Below the pieces are notes generated by a model. It was given only the letters and a program-made list of their open reading frames with translations. It was not told the DNA's origin and made no database searches. A program made the position numbers and the translations under genes. A stretch of DNA of 64,000 bases from Antedon mediterranea (Eukaryota; Animalia; Echinodermata): the NCBI RefSeq assembly GCF_964355755.1, contig NC_092679.1:23481432-23545431 (forward strand). The letters run 5' to 3'. Numbering within the stretch: the stretch's first letter is position 1; every line of letters begins with the position of its first letter. Positions 27,830 through 41,900 of the stretch are shown piece after piece.

Positions 27830-28045
27830 GCCCTCTCTCGTTGTGCACGTGTTTGTGGTTTCCGGTATAATCGATCAAGGTAGATTATCACTGATTGGTT
27901 TTTGTAATTGCTCCGCCCACTCATGCACCAATGATCATGCTCGTTGTTCGATCAAATCGGATATCGTCTGCCAAGTGAATTTTCAAAACTGATTCGAAGT
28001 TCAAGTTTACACGTCTCGTAACTCATCAAAGTTACCAAGGTAAAT
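27830..28045. promoter_or_regulatory. Putative bidirectional promoter SRR / MAPKBP1
   Basis: This is a CpG-containing segment between an SRR 5'UTR donor (minus, 27697) and a plus-strand donor aag|gtaaat (28040). It contains CACGTG (27846), ETS-like TTCCGG (27860), ATTGG/CCAAT (27894) and a GC box CCGCCC (27913). Confidence 0.6.
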
Positions 28046-28463
28046 ACATTAAGTCCTTTTGGTTTACTTATTGTTTAGCACAGGTTTATATTATAGTTTA
28101 TCATAATTATTTAGGCCCCTAAATATTGGAGCTAGGGTCCGGGTAGGCCTAGGATAGGCCTAGGTAGATAAATAAATATAGGTAGGTAGCCCAGTCAGTG
28201 AGTGTCTAGGCTAGGCCTAGGCTAGCTAAGCTAGGCTACAGTAGGCCTAGGCCTACCTACTGCTGCTGTAAGGGCCAGGGCAGGGGCCTAGCCAAGCAAG
28301 TACTGTATGTGGTGGGTAGTCTAGGGCAGGTTTAGGTCCAGCTAGTAGTAGGCCCTACTACATATATATAGGCTACTAGCCTAGGCCTGTCACACCAAAA
28401 TCAGTCCGGGCCAAAATCGGTCCGGCGGATATTTATCATGACATGCCTACTATATTGTATTTC

Positions 28464-29308
28464 TGTTATGCGCGATTTGAACGATTTGCGCAATTTGAAA
28501 TTGCGCAAAAAAATCCTTGCGCAATTTGAAATTGCGCAAAGAATTCTTGCGCAATTTAAAATTGCGCAAGGATTTTTTTGCGCAATTTCAAATTGCGCAA
28601 TCAACTTGCGCAATTTCAAATTGCGCAAGAAAATCTTTGCACAATTTTAAATTGCGCTGCACAATTTGTAAATTGCGCAAGATAGTTCTTGCGCAATATG
28701 ACACCTTTGCGCAATTTGAAAACGAACTACAATCGGTATTATAATAATTTATTGGAAACTAAATAACTCAAAATAAAACATAATAAATGCGAAGATAACA
28801 TGTGTATAATAAATACATAACATTTATTATTACAATTAAATAATATTATCACTGTACCTTGAAATAAATCAAAATAAATGTAAAAATTAAGTTTTTAATA
28901 TTAGTTTAAGCTAGGCCATGTAACCTAGTCAGTATCAGTAGTCCAGACCCTAGCTAGGCTAGAGTAGTACAGCCGGCCGCCCGCGCCGCGCCCGCCTGGT
29001 GGAACACCACCGCTTCGTTTTCCTTCGTCGGTTCTTCGACGGTATGCTAACTTATAACAATATTTGCACTACTAAAATAAGGAAATGCGATATTTATCTT
29101 TAATTTTGAATCATTCTTAGAAATTACTATATAAATATGGGTGTGCATGATTTCACAATCTGTCGAAAAACCTTGCGCAGTTTGCAGATTACTTGCGCAA
29201 TTTAATACGTTGCTTGCGCAATTTGAAACACATGTTTCAATTCAAATTGCGCAAGGATTTTTTTTGCGCAATTTCAAATTGCGCAAATCGTTCAAATCGC
29301 GCATAACA
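28464..29308. mobile_element. Ginger-like non-autonomous DNA transposon (TGT...ACA, 4-bp TSD TTTC)
   Basis: TTTC|tgttatgcgcgatttgaacgatttgcgcaatttgaaattgcgcaaaaaaatccttgcgcaatttgaa ... ttcaaattgcgcaaggatttttttgcgcaatttcaaattgcgcaaatcgttcaaatcgcgcataaca|TTTC. The TIRs are about 65 bp and nearly perfect, with subterminal TTGCGCAA arrays and no transposase ORF. Confidence 0.85.
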
Positions 29309-29939
29309 TTTCTACTAGATAGGCCTAGCCCTAGCTAGAGGCCTACTTAAGCTAGGCCTAGGCTAGTACTTGTATTAGGCTAGGTAGGTAGGCCTAAATG
29401 ATCAAAATTGAAATATTAATTTTACAATTATTCAAAATAAAGTTTTTTATTGCAAATAGCGTTCACGACGCATGCTGATGGAAAAGGTTTGGGAGCAATC
29501 GTCACAACTCGCACATAATTAATAATAATCTCCCGGGGGGTTATACAATTAACAAGTGCATAATAGGAATTCCTAACTAATAAAAGTTAAAGATAGGTCC
29601 TAGCCAAACTATTTCCTAAATATAACTAAACCTAACCCTCTATGTATAAATAATTTTAAAATATCAATCAGAGAATCGATACCATGATTAAACTAATCAT
29701 TTTTTTATGGGGCCTAACTAAAAACTGACCAAAATTATGAAAGGGAAGCCATGATTCGATGGTTCGATCTTTATTTAACCATCAACAGTGAATGAACAAT
29801 AATTCCAAAGACACTAATACTATATAGCTTATTTAATAATTATTTAATGAAATTATAATTTGTTTTCTTTTTTTTTAGATGTGTCATTTTATAATTGGAA
29901 ATATTTCAGTTTAATTTCTACCTTGGATTTTATATAGCA

Positions 29940-32900
29940 ATGAATCAACGGCCAAATAGCCTTAATCTGGATAAGGGCAGTGGTAGTAGTCATTTTGGTC
30001 GCAAGGTTCCCAAATCTCCAATGCCGAAAAAAAGAAGCAAAGTAGTTCCATTATCGGAGCGAGTAAGTATCATGATATATATTTAGGAACTAATTGTGAA
30101 ATAAATTTTATATTGTGCCTTTTTCATTACTGTGGTCTAAAAAATTGTACAAAGCCATCGATTATTATTATCAACCAAATTGAAAGTCCAACACAATGTC
30201 TCTGCAAAAACTAAACATTACAAAAAAGATTTTTTCCAAACAATGGAAAAATGTGTAAAACTTAAAAGCAATTAAGCTTTTGAGTTATATCAAAATTGAC
30301 AACCGTTCATTTGTTAAATAAAATTGCTTTGGTTAAAAGAACCTAGTGTACAACCATAGAGATTATGATTTTGTATTGTATTATAATGATAGAGATATTT
30401 TATTCATACTGTAGTTCAATCTAAAACCAGGTCAATGCAATACAATTGTTTCAAGGATATGAAAATCACATTATTGTTTTATACAGTAAGGATTAAAAAA
30501 ACATAGCAAACCATATAGTACAGAATCATAATCAATGCAACATTTATTATTATTATCGAATATACAATTTATTCAATCTGAAAATTACAGTATTTTATAG
30601 GTGATTTGTTTTTCAATATTTATAAACCCTATCATTTCATGTAAATTGCAAATTAGTATAATACATAGATATCTCATCATCTAGATATTTATTACCATTT
30701 ATCTAGGATAGGATTTATTGTTACTTGGTTAAAGCAGGCACACCACAATAGGTATTCCGCAGAGACGTGGGCTGTACACATCTACAAGTTAAATAAACTA
30801 GTCATGCATTTATTAGTCAGGCTTTCATGCAACTGGATTATTCATTATTAATCCATGGATTATGACAACAATTCGATCAGGAAGTGCCTTTTGGGCTTTG
30901 CAAATCAATTAGGAAAATTAATAAATTACTAAATGGAATTTAAAGTATTCATTTAATATATAATTTAATAATATTATGTCATGAATTGTTGTACTACTGT
31001 ACTTATAATTCAACATTATTCTTTAAACATAGGTTAATTTAACAGTATATGTTATTGCAATTATGATAATAATTAATTTAATTTATTAATTTAATATTTA
31101 AGTTAAGTCTGTATACTGTACATTTATAGTTTTAATCGAACAATATTTTTAAGTGTCCATATACTCAATGATATCAAGGTTTACTAATTGAAAGAATAAC
31201 ACTTGAACATGTTCAATTCAATAGGATTATATAATAAGATTTTATATAATAGGCTCTCTATGTCAATTTACACTCAAATAGTAGTAATTTTTAAAGTTTA
31301 TTTTATTTTTTTTATATTTTTTATTTATTCAATTTCTGCCATATACATAAATAAAGAAGACAAAACAATTATAAAAGGAGGCACGGAAAGACCAAACAGG
31401 TGCTAAACACCTATGCTAGTTGGTCAACCCAGAACAGAGAAAAATAAATAAATTACGTTCTACAATAAAAGCATCGACAAGAAAGCGACCAACTACACAC
31501 ATTTTCAATATCAAAATTATTTAAAAAATAAATATTGAGATAATTAAGTAATTTGGTTTTAAAAGAAATTGCTTACAAATTGTTAGTGATTTGGGTGTAA
31601 AGTTTTCATCATTATTGGATGCAAGTGTAACTGATTTCCACTGAACTGTACACATTTCCACTTCGCTAATTAATACTAATTATTAATCAATAATAAGGCA
31701 GATGATACACGGCATTAGTACTTTGGAAGGAATGAGATCCAATATATAGTACTGTAGGTGATTCAATGAGGTCCTTCATACTGTAGGAAACGTTTTGAAA
31801 TGTTTAGAGTCACACAAGCTAGGTTACTGTAGCCTACCCACAGGTCTTTTGTTTCAATGCTTAGAAACTATTAAAAGATGTTGTGAATTGTTTATTACAT
31901 TTTGTCCAACTTTCATTCAGTGTTTTTAATAGGATCATGACAAAACACCAAATACAGTACACTTATCAACAGGGAAATGTAACATTTTCTGAAACAGTGC
32001 AACAGACTGTCATTGTTCCCTTTACAAATTGACATAAAAGATTGTAGTTTGATAGCAAAACTCATCAACTAAAGCTTCGTTGAACTTCAATAGCAAATTC
32101 TTAACCTACGGGTTTCTAATAATAGTGCAAGTAGTCGTGGTCAAGAGTTAAATAATGAACCTTTTTGTGTACGTCAGGTAGTTTGCATTTAATAGCTAAC
32201 CTTCAATTTAAATACAGAACAATTTTTAGTCATTAGCTGTACTTTTTACTAGTTTTTATTGCAACAATAAAAATGTTCTATTGTAAGATACACGTTGATA
32301 GATTTAAAATAGTATAACGACCCATAGAATTAGAAGAGGTCATTAATGATTAATAAACTTTAAGAACTGTGCTGTCCAGTACTGTACTCCCTAAAGCCAG
32401 GTTTACCATAAATATTTAGTGAATAAATTTCTCCCTACTGAAAAGTGTCATAAGAAAATATAGCCTAAAATAATTAAAGAACTGTCTAACTGCAGATTAG
32501 TGGTAGGCTAGACTATTCAATTCTGTTTCATTCAGTCTACAGTACAGTAGTAAGTAGGGCCCTTGAACGAAAAATGCTCAGTAGGGGTCAGTGATGTGTG
32601 CGAATCCTCAGAATTTTGTATTTCTGATAATTGAATATTCCCTTTATTTAAAGAATATTAATATTTTGTGTGTTTAACCAATTAAAATAAAAAATCTAAT
32701 TAACCTGACATCTGAATGTGAACTACTACTGTACAACATCCCCTTCCTTAAGTTTTAGTGACCTACAACACACTCCTTCCTGAATGAAATGAACTACAGT
32801 ATAAAACATCCCCATGTGTGTAAAACCCCTTTTTGAGCTTCCTCATTTTTTTTCAATTAATCTGGCCATTTCTACCTAAACCTTGGCGACACAAACACAT

Positions 32901-35900
32901 TTAGGAATCGCAATTTGCACTTCCCTGTTCAATCCACAGCGTCTATCTGTCAAATCCATAGAGGAAATGTACGTTAATTAGCCTCATGATTTTACTTGGT
33001 CATGATTCATCAAATGTTTTCATACACCTATTTCTATAAAGCTTGCGTTCGAATTACTCAAGTTTTTTGAAGATAAAAGCTGTTCATTTGTGACATACTT
33101 TCTCTTGTGGATTGTTAATTATCAGTTTTCCTGCAAAAATACTGAATTCAGTTTCCACCTGGGACTTTATTGCCCTCTGAATTATACAGAAGAATTTATT
33201 TCTGTCTTGGGTTTTGTACTAAACGTACAGTATTGTACTTTGTAAGGACATTCTTGAAACATAATGGTAAGATTTTAGTACAGTTTACAACTTGATTAAT
33301 ATTTTTGTTTTTTTCTTTAGTTTCTTAATTAAAGATGGCCTAATGTACTGTACATTGTAATTTTTGGATTTTATTGTATTGTAGGTAACGTTAGAGCGAG
33401 TACTTGGAATTACTGTTGCTGATGGCTCTGCCCTTGCTTGTGATCCTAATACTGGACTTGTGGCCTATCCAGCAGGGTAAGTCTTAAATTAACATTAAAA
33501 TAAAACTATTAAAACTACTTTATACACGTTTCTGCCAAAATAACAACAGTAGTCTAATTTGTATTAAAAATAGCAATGAGCCTCATTTTTTAAAGCCAAA
33601 ATTCATATATTTGATAAAAAGATACAGTAGGGCTATGCTGTCTAGAATTCTAAACACTAAACTGGTAAGCTTTGGGTCTGTCTCACCCACTCATGAAAAC
33701 TCTACTACTCAACTGTATACTCTACTAATTCACAGTATCAACTAAAACTGTAGTCCAAGAATAGTACAATCAGAACATTTTGACAAATGACAAGCATTTC
33801 ATTTTTCACTGGCTGATTTTTACGTTAAAACGGTGATTCATAACAATAATACAGTACTGTATACCACCACATTCTACTACGCAATACAAAGCATACCCAA
33901 TAGTACTGTACATGGACAAGCATTTCCATAGCTTTGCATTTTAAGTACTGTATTAAATATGCTAATTAACCAGTTAATTAATAATTTGCTAATACGAACC
34001 CTGCCCTTAAAACTGAATTTAAATAGTTCATTTGTGTACAGTAAGCCTTACATTTGATGGTGTGCAACTGAACACATACAATAATTTCTGTGGTTATTTT
34101 TCACAAACAGAATAGATCTTTAACATAGAATAATGGTGACCATTATTCAAATGATTCACTTTGGCCTATCTATTGTACAAGGTCATTTGACCCTTCAGTT
34201 TGTAGTTTTATTTTAAAGGCTTGATAGTCCACTCAACATTGACCATCTGATGGTAGCCATAGCAATTTTGATTATTTACAAAATTTATCAGAATATTATT
34301 TAGCGTACCTGTGTATGTTGGGTTTTAATGTATTGTTGTATAGACTTGACTCAATCTACTTTTTGAAAAGATACACAGTGCGAATACATATTGTACTATA
34401 TTCAATGTGATGAAGTTCGAAGTTCTGTATCTGTACTTGGTAAAGAGCGCCTCATACTGTAATATTCAAATGATTTATATATTAAATATTAAATACTATT
34501 GTACCGTATTAATTACAATTTTACATTTTATTTAAAAAAAATTTAATTTTTATAATGAACTGCTCGGTTAAATGGCCAACAAAATATTAAAATATAAATT
34601 AAAGATTTTATTAATAAATGACAACAAAATTCTTTCATTTAGAATTGTTTGTAGTACAGTACAAAGTAGACTTTTCTTATTTTTTAATCTGTATGTTTGT
34701 TGCTATACTGTAGGTAGTGGCCAAAGCTTATAACATTAAGTACAATTTGACTCAAGCTTTCAATTAGGAAGGCCTAGACTGATTAAAAATTGTTTATAGT
34801 TGTGTGGAACCATAACAGATGTGTTACCAATTAATAAATTAGCAATTACCAAGATAATTTATGTGTTAATGTATGTGGGTTAAAGGTTAAAGTTAGCGGT
34901 ATAACATTCTCTAATTCATGTTGTTTAATACAAACAGCAAATTAGGCCAGTGTTTAATTAGTGTTTATTTGTTATTTTAATACCAGTGTTTGTACATATT
35001 ATCAATAGTTTGCTGACCGTCCAAAAGGTGTATTGTTTTGTCTAAAATGATCCGATAAATTAACAGTGACAAGTTGATGAGGGAGTGCTTCATTTAAACA
35101 AAACTTGATGGTACAGTTGTAATGAATCAAGTGCATGTCTTTTTGGAAAATTATCAAATTTATTCCAATTATTACACTTACATTGTAGACGTTATGTTGT
35201 AAAAGTTCATTCTGATGTCAACGCATTGTTGAACTTGAAGACAATTAGAATGTGTTCTGGACTTTGTTCACAAACATTGTGAATTATAGTCTAACAGTGA
35301 GAGTAGACTGAGAATCAACATGTTTAGGCCTATAACTTTAATTATTATAGACAGTAAATTAGTATAAATGAAAGTCATTAATTGATGTGGATTTTTTTAA
35401 TTGATGGAACAAAAATATAGTTTAAAGCCTGTTTTCCACTACTGTAGTCAATTTTGTTTACGAAAATTAAAGCATTTGCATTTGTGTATTCATATTTTCG
35501 TCTTCCAATCTCAGTTCATTGAGTTTTGTGCTTCAGAGAAATTAATAGTTTATACTTTTTGTGAAGTGCAAATTAACTAATAATACTATACAGTAATTAA
35601 TGGAAAACAGGTATTTTTTTGTTTTCATCATATATTAGTCTACAGGTAGGCAGCTGATACATCATCAAATGTATTTAGCATGAACAGTATTACTTTCACT
35701 GGTTACCCAGGCATAATTTACAAGACACTGTATTCATTGTGTGTCATCTCCTGTGTTTTCAATTCAATTATGATCCAAAACCTTGATGTCTAATCATTAG
35801 TGCAGACATCCCTCTGAAATGATAATGAACTGTTGGTTGGTTGGGATGAGATTTAGGGCATACTGTAAAAATGCATGAAAACCACCAGATGGGAAATGGA

Positions 35901-38900
35901 CCAAGGTTTAACAATTAGTTTAGTGTACTTATACATGTTTGCTGTTCAGTTTTCTGCATGCAACACAAAATGGTTGTTTTATTTTTATTAGTAATTGGAA
36001 ATTGTGAATAAATAACATATTTTCCTCTTGCAACTACTGTATTACAGTAGGCCTAATACAGTTCCCTGATTAGGCAAAATTTTCCAGTTATTTTTTTCAG
36101 TGACACTGACACAGTTAGTAAAAAATGGTTGAAATCACTATAGACTGCTTTGCTATTGTGTACTTATTTTTGTAGACTAAGATTTGAGACGAGACACTCT
36201 TACTGGTCTTTACTCTTTAAAGTTTGTCACAAAGAACGTTTTAACCACACAAAATATCATATTTACGGATACTGTGCTATCAGAAAAGACGGATATTAAA
36301 ATTAATATTCTAATCTATCAATTTACAGTTTAAATAATAGTGACTGTGTGTTTACGTACATAATAGTTAGCTATTGTCTTCTCATACCATACTGCAGCAT
36401 CTGCATAGCTTTGTTGTATTTAAACATGCCAGTAGAGTACTGCTATACCAACAGTACTGACAGTAATGTGTGATTGAAAGGTTGATTGTCAATGTCAGCT
36501 ATTATTTTTTATGTCATAACAACAACATACAGTATTTCAATGTAGTGAACATCATCATGTAATTTAATTATATTTCAATGTTGTGACTGTATCATTCTTC
36601 ATAGAATGAAGGTTGGCAATGGTTGTGTCCTCTGTAGTCATTAGCAAGTCCTGTTACTGTACATCATAGTAATGTCATTTACAGACAAACAAGTCATACA
36701 TTTAATGTGACAGACAGTGTATATTATAAACAGTATATAAAGTGTAAATTTAAATTAGCTATTTTAAAATGGTATTGTCAAATAAGTTATAAACGCCACA
36801 CTGTTATTTAACAGGTTTTTTTTATTACTGTACAGTACTGTAGCTGAAGAAAAGGTACTGTACAATAAAAAATGTGTTGCGAATAAACTTAAAAGTAAGG
36901 GAAAGATTTTATACAGTTTACTCAGACTTTCTTTAGACACTATAATGTATTATTTATCAAAGTGTTGTGTCTGAATTTACCTTTACTGTGTAAATTAATA
37001 TGTAGGCTACAGTACTCAATTGTGCTGCTACTATGCAATGTATTATGTATACAGGATGACAGGTAGTTGGTATAGTTAAGCCCTCCTGTTGTCAAAAGTC
37101 TGGAGTTTAAACCAAATGTTTGCTCAACTACTTTTACTTGCATAATCTTGTGAACTTGAGGTAAAGCTCTGTCACGTATCCACCTCAAACCTGCTGACTG
37201 TTATCCAACTGAACCTTTTAATACAGAATGTTCAGTGTAAAACTGTTGATAATTTTGTATGATTTTATCCACCCCTATTGTTGATAACAAACACAGTTTG
37301 TAGACAATATTGTATACTTTATTTTAGGTTCCATATTTAGGGAGGCATTTCTTTTTTGGGTTACTAATTTTGCTATGGTAACATTATTCAACATGTACAT
37401 CAAATAAATTCGCCAATCAGTTATACAGTTAGTAAATTATAGAAATTTGCTGTTATTTTGCAACCTTTAATAATATTAAGCAAGTTTGTTGGTTAGCCCC
37501 CCTGTCGTCATGGATGATGCTTTTTAATCTAGCCTCTTTGGTTTAATAATATTGTTGCCATTTTTGGCCAAATTATTTCTACCTACTGCTGATCAAGAGG
37601 CAGATAACATTAATCAATGATTAAAAAGTGTAAACAAACTTTCAAAGGCCCTGTTTCTGCTGCCAACTAAATACCGTATATTATACGGTATTTTTTTAAT
37701 ACCGTATATATACGGTATATTTTTGGCAGCAGAAACTGCGCTCATAAAAAATATACCGTATTTTGTATACCGTATTTTCCCCACAAAATTTGTGGATAAA
37801 ATACGGTATTTACAAATTTATACCGTATTTTTTGTACCCGTTTCTGCTGCCAATAAAAAATACCGTATTTTCTTTTACATGACAAAAGGTCACCATTCGT
37901 GTTTTTATTTTCTGTCGCTGTCAGCTGCTTTATACACGTGTATAGATATATTCGGCAAAAATGTGGAGCGAAGACGTCACAGTTTTACTAAATAAATGTG
38001 TGTGGGGAAGCTAAAATGTCTGGCCAACTAAAAGGTAATAAAAGGGACAACCACATTTATAAAGACATTTCTAAAAAAATAAAGCAGGAGTATGGAATAG
38101 ACTTGTCTCCAAAGCAAGTAAACTCAAAGCTGAAGAGCCTGCGAAAGCAGTACAACATTGCAAAATACAATAACTCGGGGAGGGAACGAATTAATTGTCC
38201 CCATTACGATGCTTTCTGTGCTCTCACAACATCTCTATCACTAGGGCTAAGCTGTTGAAAGTGAGACGTAAAACTTCCTTTATTGCGACTTTTAATTATC
38301 GATCAAATAAATGAATGGCAATTGGGGTAAAAAAGATGAAATTTAACACGACCACCCAAGAAGTATTGTTAGCAGAAACGGGATACTAAAAAATACGGTA
38401 TAAAAAATACCGTATTTTATACCGTATTTTTATACCGTATTTTGAGCAGTTGCAGCAGAAACAGGCCCAAAGACATTTTATAAAATGTAAGTCTTTCAAT
38501 TACAGTACAAAAGTAATATAATACTGTACGCTTGCGGTTGGTTTACATCAAAACAGAAATTGTTTCTGTTGACATGTGCACTATCAGGTGTAGGCCTAGT
38601 ACTAAAGTATTTTTATGGGTGACTTCATCATAAAGGATACTTGATAGCTGTTCTGCTCAATGTAAATTTTATTAAATATGATTGATATATTTTGTTTTAT
38701 TTGTCAATATCAGTTTATTTGATTTGAATTAATTTTTTTTACAGTTAATTATTAAAATTAATGCAATTATTAAAATATTAGGATAAAAAATATTTAATTT
38801 TGAACTACTGTATGTTTTAAGACCAATTTAAAAGTTGCTACATACACTACTGTTAAAGTTGCTACACTACTGTAGCTTTAAATTAGATAAAATGTTAACA

Positions 38901-41900
38901 TTGAATGAAGTAGACTGTACATTGAAAACTGTAAAAGTAATGGTGCTTTAATCACAGCATACAGTACACTGGGAAACAATGGTTAAATCTCAGATATAAC
39001 AATGTCTCTTCAATTAAATTTGTTGACAAGGCTTCAGAACATCAATGTAATACATTATTCATAATTTATTCTTTCAGATGTGCTGTGGTATTGTTTAATC
39101 CAAGGAAAAATAGACAGTCATTTATAATTAATAACTCAAAGTAAGTCATGTAACAAATGTATACTTAACAATACATTTGATAATGTTACATCATGCTGTG
39201 TTATTTAGGTAAATTGCACAGTATTAAATGTTACATTGTAAACATTTTTCAATTTAGGATGATGTACAGTAATAGTCTAGTTTAATAAGTCACAGCACTG
39301 TATGTTGTTTAAAACTGCTACAGTACTTTGTGACAAAGAAAATCCAAGAAAAGCATTGTTTTCATACCATAGCCATCAACAAATTCACAAAATGGAAGTG
39401 GCACATATTGAATAAAAAAAATTACTTTTGAACATTAATTAATAATTTATTATTCACTGAGTGAAGAGAATATTTTCATTTGTTGAAAGTTGTACTCATT
39501 GAATAAAAAAGTCAATATTTCAACTCAAGAAAACGTTCTGTACATTATAGAAGTTATGAAAGATGATTATATTATGAAATTATTATTTATGACTTATTTT
39601 ATGAACAGGAAAACTATTAAAACATTGGCCTTCTCAGCAGATGGTAAACATTTGGTCACAGGAGAGGTAAGAAACTTTATAACTTTGCATAACATTATGA
39701 AAATCATAGGAAAGCCTGTAGGGTATTTCCTGCTGGGAAATCAAGTGAAGGTGTCTGTGAGCCATATTGTGCTTTTGATTTCAATTTCTCGATCCTAGGT
39801 TCAATTATTGGTTTAATCTTTTACAGTACTGATTTACTGTACTGATATGGCAAGCAATACAGTACATTATACAATTTTCGTTGAATCCTTAAATTAAGGT
39901 TGAATTTGGGAAAGTAAACAGTACGTTTGAAGGTATCTTCTTGGTTCTTTGGGTGGTTGGTTTGTTGAATTTAGGCTGGAGGGAAGGCCTTCAAATATGT
40001 TTTAGATTAGACTGGGTGGAAAACTTTATTAATGTTGGGTGACTCTGTCCTCGATCCTCCATACAATCACATCAATACACCCATCATTGATGATTTCACC
40101 TGTTACTGTATATAGTGTTATGATACTAGATAAACACAGTATCACACTACAGATGCAATATACTGACAGTTAAAATCGGAGTGAAGAAAACTATTTATCA
40201 AGTACTGTACACATCCATTTATATTTAGAAGCCTGGCTTGAAATGGCAAAATAGTATCACTTTTTATTTACGTTTACACGCAAGTAATGAAAATCACTAC
40301 CCTTGTAGTGTACATTGTACTTTATAAGAGTTCACACAACAGTCAAATGTTCAAAACGTCAACTGCGTAAATGTTTCCACTTTGCTTAAAGCAAGCTGGG
40401 CCAAATTTAGCCATATTAATTACCAGCACAATCCAAAAGTGTAAATGGAGGTCTTTACATTAGTTCTGTTTATAATATGGAGACTGCATCAGTGATATAC
40501 AGTATAGTATAGTTTGTTGCTGTCAATTCACTAAAGGAATTGACCTAAACTAATCTAAACCAATCTAAGGATTATGGCGTCAATATCCAGCCTAAGCCCA
40601 ATGGAATATGTCTCTGATCTAACTAATCTAGGCATTATAAATAGGCATACAAAGTTCACCAATTATTGGTTGTAAAAAGATAAAGGTAATTTCACTTCTT
40701 ATGCAAATGTGAAGTAATAGCAATATAGACAAACTAGTCTACAGTATAATTTTCCTACTTTACATATTCCAGCATTCAATAGATTTCAAAACTAGCATTT
40801 ATATAACTAACTGTACAGTATGTCCCCCACCATCAATTTAGCCTAAAATTTTATTTGATTACTAATTATATACCAATTAAATTTAGGCATGACATACCTC
40901 CTTTTTCCATCTAAAACTAACAGCAAGTATATTAATGTTGCTTACACTTTTGTGTTTTTTTAATGACGTTACAAAGACACAGCACACCATGTTTATTTCT
41001 ATCTCTTGATTGCACAAGTAAGAGATGTGTATGCGAGTATAGTTATTACCTCAACATGAAATCCGTAATAAAGTAAGAAATCCAGTTTACTTTGTATTTC
41101 AATATACTATTTCATTTTCCACAGAGTGGACATCGGCCAGCTGTCAGGATATGGGATGTGGAGGAAAAAACACAAGTGGTGGAATTCCACAGTCACAAGT
41201 TTGCAATTACATGCGTTGTAAGTGTAGTGTTTGAATAACAGTTAATGGAAGGAGTCCTACTTTTATTCCGATATACAGTATAGACCCCATATTAAAGTGG
41301 AGACCTTCAGGATCTATCAAATTCCACCACCACCACTCCCCCCCCCCCTCCTCTCTCTATGTATGAAAGTATTTGAATTCATTTTTAAATATGAATATGA
41401 ATGAAATTTGGCAAGTTGGGATTTGGAAATTAGGTATTAAAATGTTGCATATATGGAATAAATTAATTAATGGAAATGACTGTCGCCATGATGAACACTA
41501 ATCTTACACAAAAAAGTGGAAAATAATATTTTTGTAATCTTTATTCATTTTCAAAGAGCGAAATTATATTCATGCTCATCTTAAGATAAAAAAAAATATA
41601 AATCAATCAATGAAATACAAAAACAATCTATTAAATATTCAACAATATCATGTTTATTAAAATTTCAGATAATATGAAATAATTAATAAGTACAGTATGA
41701 ATAATTCATTATAATACACCTGCCTCAAGCTCCTTAACAATTGGGTGAAATAATACCATCAGTGATATATTTCACATCACTTCCTGGCCATTCTACCTGA
41801 TCTCCAACCTAGACAACGTTTACATTCAGTACAATAGCGACAAGCTGTCAGGACTTGTAGTTACACGCTTTCATACACATATTACGCTTCAAGAGATTTG

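Noticed and set aside
28401-29338. Overlapping ORFs rich in LRNLKLRK / AQFEIAQ
   Set aside because: These are artefacts of the palindromic TTGCGCAA arrays in the Ginger-like element.
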